Source: Thiocapsa sp. (GTDB lineage: Bacteria; Pseudomonadota; Gammaproteobacteria; Chromatiales; Chromatiaceae). From it: a stretch of DNA of 64,000 nucleotides. This document shows, in pieces, positions 59,081 to 64,000 of this stretch; position 1 is the stretch's first letter, and the number at the start of each line of letters is the position of its first letter. Below the pieces are notes generated by a model, which saw nothing but the letters and a program-made list of their open reading frames with translations, ran no database searches and had not been told where the DNA came from. The position numbers and the translations under genes are program-made. The stretch lies in contig JAJDNA010000042.1 in NCBI GenBank assembly GCA_022340925.1, positions 45,612 through 109,611 of the forward strand, written 5' to 3'.

Positions 59081-60172
59081 GTGACGGCTCGCTCCGTCAA
59101 GTGGTTCTCGGAGGCCGTTCTCGACTGGTTCGAGCGCAACGGTCGAAAGGATCTGCCCTGGCAGCGCGAGCCGAGCCCCTATCGTGTCTGGGTGTCGGAG
59201 ATCATGTTGCAGCAGACTCAAGTCAGTGTGGCGGCGCCCTATTTCGAGCGCTTCCTCGAGCGCTTTCCGACGGTATCCGATCTGGCGGAGGCTCCGGAGG
59301 ACAGCCTGATGGCGCTTTGGTCCGGTCTGGGCTACTACGCCCGTGCCCGCAACCTCCAGCGTGCCGCCCGCCTGATTCGGGATCGGCACGCCGGGGCGTT
59401 CCCCTCGACGATCGAGGCGCTCCTGGCGCTCCCGGGCATCGGCCGGTCCACTGCAGGGGCCATCTTGTCGCTCGCCTCGGACCAGCGCCACCCCATCCTC
59501 GACGGCAACGTCAAACGGGTGCTGGCGCGTGCCTTCGGCGTCGCGGGTTGGCCTGGTCAGAAGGCGGTTCTCGACGAGCTCTGGGCGTTGGCCGAGCGTT
59601 TGACGCCGAAGACGCGCGTCGGCGCCTACAATCAGGGCATGATGGATCTGGGTGCCACGCTGTGCACCCGGCACGCGCCGGCCTGTGATCGATGCCCGGT
59701 CTCCGAGCAATGTGTCGCTCGGCTGGGAAACCGGCAGGCCGAGCTCCCGACGCCGCGGCCGCGGCGGACCATACCGGAGCGTGCCACCCTGATGCTGATC
59801 CTCGTCAACTCCTCCGGGGAGACCCTGCTGGAGCGCCGGCCGAAAAGCGGGATCTGGGGCGGTCTATGGAGTCTGCCGGAGATTCCGCCGGCCGCCGACC
59901 CGCTCGACTGGTGCCTGGTGCAGCTCGGTGTCCGACCGCGGCGGGTTGAAATGCGTGCGGGGCGCCGTCACACCTTCACCCACTTCAGGCTGGACATCCG
60001 GGTTGCATACCTTGAGCTGGATACCCCGCCTGACGGTGTCGGCGACGATGCCGGATCCCGGCGCTGGCTCTGCCGAGCCGATCTGGACACCCTGGGTATT
60101 CCCGCCCCCGTCAAATCGATCCTGGATGCGCTGCCCGGCGGTCATCCGGGGCAGCAAGGAGACGTCTCATGA
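59081..60172 (+). CDS. mutY: A/G-specific adenine DNA glycosylase
   Basis: [35 protein letters not shown], Hh[16 protein letters not shown], Fe-S cluster C..C..C..C ([17 protein letters not shown]) and a C-terminal NUDIX-like domain are present. Confidence 0.9.
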   Translation: MTARSVKWFSEAVLDWFERNGRKDLPWQREPSPYRVWVSEIMLQQTQVSVAAPYFERFLERFPTVSDLAEAPEDSLMALWSGLGYYARARNLQRAARLIRDRHAGAFPSTIEALLALPGIGRSTAGAILSLASDQRHPILDGNVKRVLARAFGVAGWPGQKAVLDELWALAERLTPKTRVGAYNQGMMDLGATLCTRHAPACDRCPVSEQCVARLGNRQAELPTPRPRRTIPERATLMLILVNSSGETLLERRPKSGIWGGLWSLPEIPPAADPLDWCLVQLGVRPRRVEMRAGRRHTFTHFRLDIRVAYLELDTPPDGVGDDAGSRRWLCRADLDTLGIPAPVKSILDALPGGHPGQQGDVS

Positions 60173-60441
60173 CTCATACGGTCAACTGCATCAAGCTCGG
60201 TCGCGAAGCCCCCGGCCTCGACCGTCCACCTTATCCGGGCGAGCTTGGGAAACGCATCCACGCCCAGGTCTCCAAGCAGGCGTGGCAGGATTGGCTCCGA
60301 CACCAGACCATGCTGATCAACGAAAACCGGCTCAACCCGATGGATCCGAAGTCGCGGAAGTTCCTCGAGGAGCAGATGGAGCGGTATTTCTTCGGCGAAG
60401 GTGCTGTGTTGCCGGAGGGTTACGTCCCGCCGAAGAGCTAG
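60169..60441 (+). CDS. yggX: Fe(II)-trafficking / oxidative damage protection protein YggX
   Basis: [42 protein letters not shown]...[16 protein letters not shown] is a near-canonical YggX. It overlaps the mutY stop by 4 nt, which is conserved mutY-yggX synteny. Confidence 0.9.
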   Translation: MTHTVNCIKLGREAPGLDRPPYPGELGKRIHAQVSKQAWQDWLRHQTMLINENRLNPMDPKSRKFLEEQMERYFFGEGAVLPEGYVPPKS

Positions 60442-60615
60442 CCGAGGAGCGATACTGGCACGCACGTCCTCGGGCGCAGCCTTCTAAGCTACTGTGGGAT
60501 CCCCGCGGCGAATCGGACGTTGACGGCAGGGAATGGTGGCTGAAACCGCATTTCGTGTAACGTCTTGACAAGGCCAATCATTGATCCCCGGCCGACGCTT
60601 GATCGCCGGGATCTC

Positions 60616-60644
60616 TTGACGGTTCCCCTTGGCGCGGCTCTAAT
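60616..60644 (+). promoter_or_regulatory. sigma70-type promoter candidate for tRNA-Phe
   Basis: TTGACG-N17-TCTAAT is followed by the GC-rich discriminator AGGCGACCC. It lies about 37 nt upstream of the tRNA. Confidence 0.45.
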
Positions 60645-60680
60645 AGGCGACCCTGGTGCCGCAAGGTTGTAGGCACTCTC

Positions 60681-60756
<76 letters not shown>

Positions 60757-61090
60757 CCTTTGTATAAGGACTCCGGCAGCGCTCCCGCCTGCGATGGATC
60801 TCCCCGCCGCCCTCATCCACTCGATTGGCGCCGAAAGAGCCCCTCCAGACTCTCAACGCTTGCCCGCTGTGCGGCCAGCCTGATCGGTCCGGATCATCGA
60901 GCTCAGCCAGGGGATTTCGGCACTGTGTTCCCTCCCCCCTGACGAATGGCCGTTGACGCGCGCCTTCGGGCGGTGCCTTGCGTGCAAACAGGGCGGAGGC
61001 CCCCGGGTGGGGCACTCCGCCCTTGTTCAGGACGCCGAGCCGAGTCGGGCAGCTCGCCTTGTTGAAACGGACTGCGGCCTCAGCGCCTGA

Positions 61091-61930
61091 CTATAACTCC
61101 AACTGCAGGCGCAGCTTTTTCATGGCGTTTTTCTCGATCTGACGGATCCGTTCCGCGGACACTCCGAACTGCTCTGCCAGCTCGTGGAGGGTCTGCTTCT
61201 TCTCGGCCAGCCACCGCTCGCGGAGGATCGTCTTACTGCGTTCATCCAGACCCTTCAGCGCGGCGTAGAGACGCTCGCGCTGGTTACGCTCGGTATCTTG
61301 GCGCTCCAGAAGCTTGGCTGGCTCCATGCTCATGTCGGGCAGGTAGGTCGAGGGCGCCGAAGGCGCGTCGTCGTCGTCATCCTCCAGGCCGTCGAAGGAC
61401 AGGTCCTGGTTGGCCAGGCGCGATTCCATCTGCAGCACGGTCTCCGGCTTGACGCCCAAGTCAGCGGCGACTGCCTCGACCTCTTCCCGCGTGAACCATC
61501 CCAGCCGTTTCTTCGCGCTGCGCAGGTTGAAGAAGAGCTTGCGTTGCGCCTTGGTGGTCGCGACCTTGACGATGCGCCAGTTTCGGAGGATGTACTCGTG
61601 GATCTCAGCGCGGATCCAGTGCACGGCAAAGGACACCAGTCGCACGCCCATGTCCGGCTCGAAACGGCGAACGGCTTTCATCAGTCCGACGGTTCCTTCC
61701 TGGATCAGGTCGGGCAGCGGGAGTCCGTAACCGAGATAGCCGCGAGCGATGCGGATGACGAAGCGCAGGTGCGACGTTACGAGCCGACGCGCCGCCTCCG
61801 TATCTCCATGGTCACGTAACCGTGTCGCGAGTGCCTTCTCTTCTTCCGGCGTCAGGACCGGAATCTGATAGGCACCGCTAATATAGGCATCGATCGTACC
61901 TGTCGGCATGAGTGCAAATTCTTTGGCCAT
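61091..61930 (-). CDS. rpoH: RNA polymerase sigma-32 heat-shock factor
   Basis: The RpoH box QRKLFFNLR is present, with region 2 ([19 protein letters not shown]) and region 4 ([27 protein letters not shown]). It lies downstream of ftsE-ftsX, the classic arrangement. Confidence 0.95.
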   Translation of the reverse strand: MAKEFALMPTGTIDAYISGAYQIPVLTPEEEKALATRLRDHGDTEAARRLVTSHLRFVIRIARGYLGYGLPLPDLIQEGTVGLMKAVRRFEPDMGVRLVSFAVHWIRAEIHEYILRNWRIVKVATTKAQRKLFFNLRSAKKRLGWFTREEVEAVAADLGVKPETVLQMESRLANQDLSFDGLEDDDDDAPSAPSTYLPDMSMEPAKLLERQDTERNQRERLYAALKGLDERSKTILRERWLAEKKQTLHELAEQFGVSAERIRQIEKNAMKKLRLQLEL

Positions 61931-62009
61931 GTTCCAATACCTGAGTTTGTTACTTGGAAAAATATCCTAGCATGACGCTCGGGATTTCACCAGCACCTTT
62001 GGCGGGGTT

Positions 62010-62036
62010 TTGGAGCCCAGACCGCGACAAAAGTTC
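62010..62036 (-). promoter_or_regulatory. Possible sigmaE (sigma24)-type promoter upstream of rpoH
   Basis: The minus strand reads GAACTT-N16-TCCAA, about 80-105 nt upstream of the rpoH ATG. E. coli rpoH P3 is sigmaE-dependent with GAACTT-N16-TCTGA. Confidence 0.3.
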
Positions 62037-62559
62037 AGGCGACTGTAGGAGAGGTCGCTGCATCGTACAAGGCAAAGTCTTCAAAATCGGGATCGTATGT
62101 TCCGATGATTCCCATCGTCAATGCTGATTATTCAAAAAAGTATATTAAAAACAGATTGATATAGAATTCCCTCGGAATGACCAGGCGAGCGGCGAGCCAG
62201 AAAAACCCTCGACAATAATGGTATTCAAAGCCAAAGACCTGTTCAATGTTCAGACAGCCCCCGCTTCGGGCTGGGGTTTTGTTCGCTGCGTCCTGCGCCA
62301 AGAGTGATGGGCTCCCCCACCGCGAGGAGGCGCCCGGACAGAGGATGATGACGGCGTTCGACAAGGCAGCACAGTCGCCGGCCGCGGGCGGAAGGATGGC
62401 GAGCATCCGCTGCCCCCAAGCCAGGGATCTCCGCCGATGGGGGAACAAGAAAGACGATTGGGCCGAGCAGCAAGCCGGGCCGCTGCACGGGCGTCGGTGT
62501 CGGCAACTGGTCGCCCGATTGGGCGGTCGCGCTCGGCACGGACCAGGGGCGGCTTCGAC

Positions 62560-63525
62560 TCAGGCCGGTCCGGCGTCGCGCAGGTGGCGGTTGACGGCGA
62601 TCCAGCTGCCGATGAGGCTGAAGAGGACGCTGCCCAGCAAGACGACCAGCATCGCCAAAGGGCCGAGTCCGGAGAGCGGGAATTCACTGCGATAGAGTGT
62701 CGCCAGACGCGACACAGGTTGCTGTAGCAGCAGCACCGAGATGCTGACCAGCAGCCAGGCGGTCAAGGCCCCAAGCAGGCCATACCAGGCCCCGGCATAG
62801 AGAAAGGGGCGGCGGATGAAGCCCCCCGTCGCGCCGACCAGCTCCATGATCTCGATCTCGATGCGCCGATTCAGGATCTCCAGTCGAATGGTGTTCCCGA
62901 CGATCAGCAGGACCCCGACACCCAGCAGGGCCCCGAGCAGCAGCACGGCGCGCTGTGCCAAGTCGAGTATTGCCTGAAAGCGCTGCACCCAAAGTGTGTC
63001 CATCCGCGCGAAGTCGACCTCGGGCAAGGTCAGCAGCTCTGTCTGGAGTGCCTCCAGACGCGCGGCGGTGGAATGGGCGCCGTCTGGATAGAGGGCGAGG
63101 ACCGCCGGCAGCGGGTTGCTCTGGAGCTGCGAGAGGGCCTCCTCGAATCCGCCCAGGGCGCGAAACTCGTTCAGCGCCTGCTCGCGGCTGATCAGATGCA
63201 CCTGCGCGAGCTCCGGGCGGCTGCGCAGCTCCTCGGCGATGCGCGCGGCTGCCGCATCATCGATCTCATGTCGGAGAAACAGCGAGATTGCAGCGGCCTG
63301 GTCCCAGCCACCCGCCATCGTGCGCAGGTTCTCGGTCACGACGTAGAGGGCGGCCGGCAAAGCCAGTGAGATCCCGATGACGGCGATCGTCATCCAGGTC
63401 GGCAAGGGGGTGCGCATCAGGCGCCCCAGCGTTGCGATGGCGCTCTGAAGATGATGATTTAGCCAGAGGCCCGGGAGATCGAGCAGGTTTGGCGAGCGCC
63501 GCCGACGGGCCTTGTGCCTGGACAT
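62560..63525 (-). CDS. ftsX: Cell division ABC transporter permease FtsX
   Basis: 321 aa with 4 TM segments and a periplasmic loop. The N-terminus is typical (RRRRSPNLLD...HHLQSAIATLGRL). It follows ftsE by 2 nt. Confidence 0.9.
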   Translation of the reverse strand: MSRHKARRRRSPNLLDLPGLWLNHHLQSAIATLGRLMRTPLPTWMTIAVIGISLALPAALYVVTENLRTMAGGWDQAAAISLFLRHEIDDAAAARIAEELRSRPELAQVHLISREQALNEFRALGGFEEALSQLQSNPLPAVLALYPDGAHSTAARLEALQTELLTLPEVDFARMDTLWVQRFQAILDLAQRAVLLLGALLGVGVLLIVGNTIRLEILNRRIEIEIMELVGATGGFIRRPFLYAGAWYGLLGALTAWLLVSISVLLLQQPVSRLATLYRSEFPLSGLGPLAMLVVLLGSVLFSLIGSWIAVNRHLRDAGPA

Positions 63526-63527
63526 GA

Positions 63528-64000
63528 TTACCAGGCCCCCGAGTCATTGGCCAGGCGTCCCTCGGTGAGGGTCAAGGTCCGGTAGGGCATGGACATCACC
63601 AGGCCGAGGTCATGGGTGGCGATCAGGAGGGTGACTCCCACCTGATGGAAGCGCTCGAACAATCCGAAGATCTCGCGCGAAAGGTCCGGGTCGAGATTAC
63701 CGGTCGGCTCGTCCGCGAGCACCACCGGCGGGCGTCCGACGACCGCGCGAGCGATTCCAACCCGCTGCTGCTCGCCGCCTGAGAGCGCGACCGGGGTCGC
63801 GCGCTCGCGCGGGAGCAACCCGACCTGATCGAGCGCCGCGCGCACCCGTCGACCGATCTCTTTGTGCCCGAGTCCCGCCACCACGAGGGGCAGGGCGACA
63901 TTGTCGAAGACACTTCGGTCGGGCAGGAGCCGATGGTCCTGGAAGATCATCCCGACCTCCCGTCGGTGATAAGGGATCTTGCGCCTGGGCAGGGCCGCGA
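63528..64000 (-). CDS. ftsE: Cell division ATP-binding protein FtsE, 5' end beyond window
   Basis: The frame stays open to base 64000 (..[18 protein letters not shown]). ABC signature [15 protein letters not shown]. Walker [13 protein letters not shown]. Confidence 0.9.
   Translation of the reverse strand, partial: AALPRRKIPYHRREVGMIFQDHRLLPDRSVFDNVALPLVVAGLGHKEIGRRVRAALDQVGLLPRERATPVALSGGEQQRVGIARAVVGRPPVVLADEPTGNLDPDLSREIFGLFERFHQVGVTLLIATHDLGLVMSMPYRTLTLTEGRLANDSGAW

Overview
The window is a 64 kb high-GC bacterial chromosomal segment. It most likely comes from a diazotrophic gammaproteobacterium, because nifL-nifA sits divergent from a complete rnfABCDGEH operon; the taxon is inference only. 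Genes were called from the supplied ORF track by motif recognition. Start codons were refined by residue counting, Shine-Dalgarno inspection and comparison with remembered homologs. No searches or computations were run.

About 50 credible CDS, 2 tRNAs and at least 4 gene remnants are present. Most of the window is housekeeping:
- Arginine and nucleotide genes: argH, a MazG-like gene, argE.
- lpxD and the H+-pyrophosphatase hppA.
- An MlaE/MlaF/MCE/PqiC-like ABC lipid-transport operon.
- phoU, rnfABCDGEH and nifLA.
- kefG-kefC with an overlapping HAD hydrolase.
- aroE, hemB and a thioredoxin.
- An RND efflux pair and an acyl-CoA ligase.
- tRNA-Gly(CCC), mutY, yggX and tRNA-Phe(GAA).
- rpoH, ftsX and ftsE.

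The left edge carries an exopolysaccharide-type set: two GT4 paralogs, an AsnB-like amidotransferase, a methyltransferase and a CPBP protease.

The strongest candidate for an uncharacterised system is a 1623-aa single-gene NLR-like module at 21166..26037. Its parts in order are a DUF4062/TIR-like N-terminus, a P-loop STAND NTPase, one transmembrane helix and about 12-14 WD40 blades. It is divergently paired with a 654-aa SEC-C/TPR-like protein, and the block abuts a truncated ygiQ remnant.

Secondary candidates are:
- A GNAT::C39-peptidase fusion, a RimK-like ATP-grasp and an RsmF-like methyltransferase, which may form a ribosome-modification operon.
- A 460-aa orphan with a HIT-like FHLHLL motif, translationally coupled to the MCE operon.

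No CRISPR array, transposase, integrase or rRNA was seen. Many long ORFs in the track are antisense shadows of real genes, which is typical of high-GC DNA, and were rejected.
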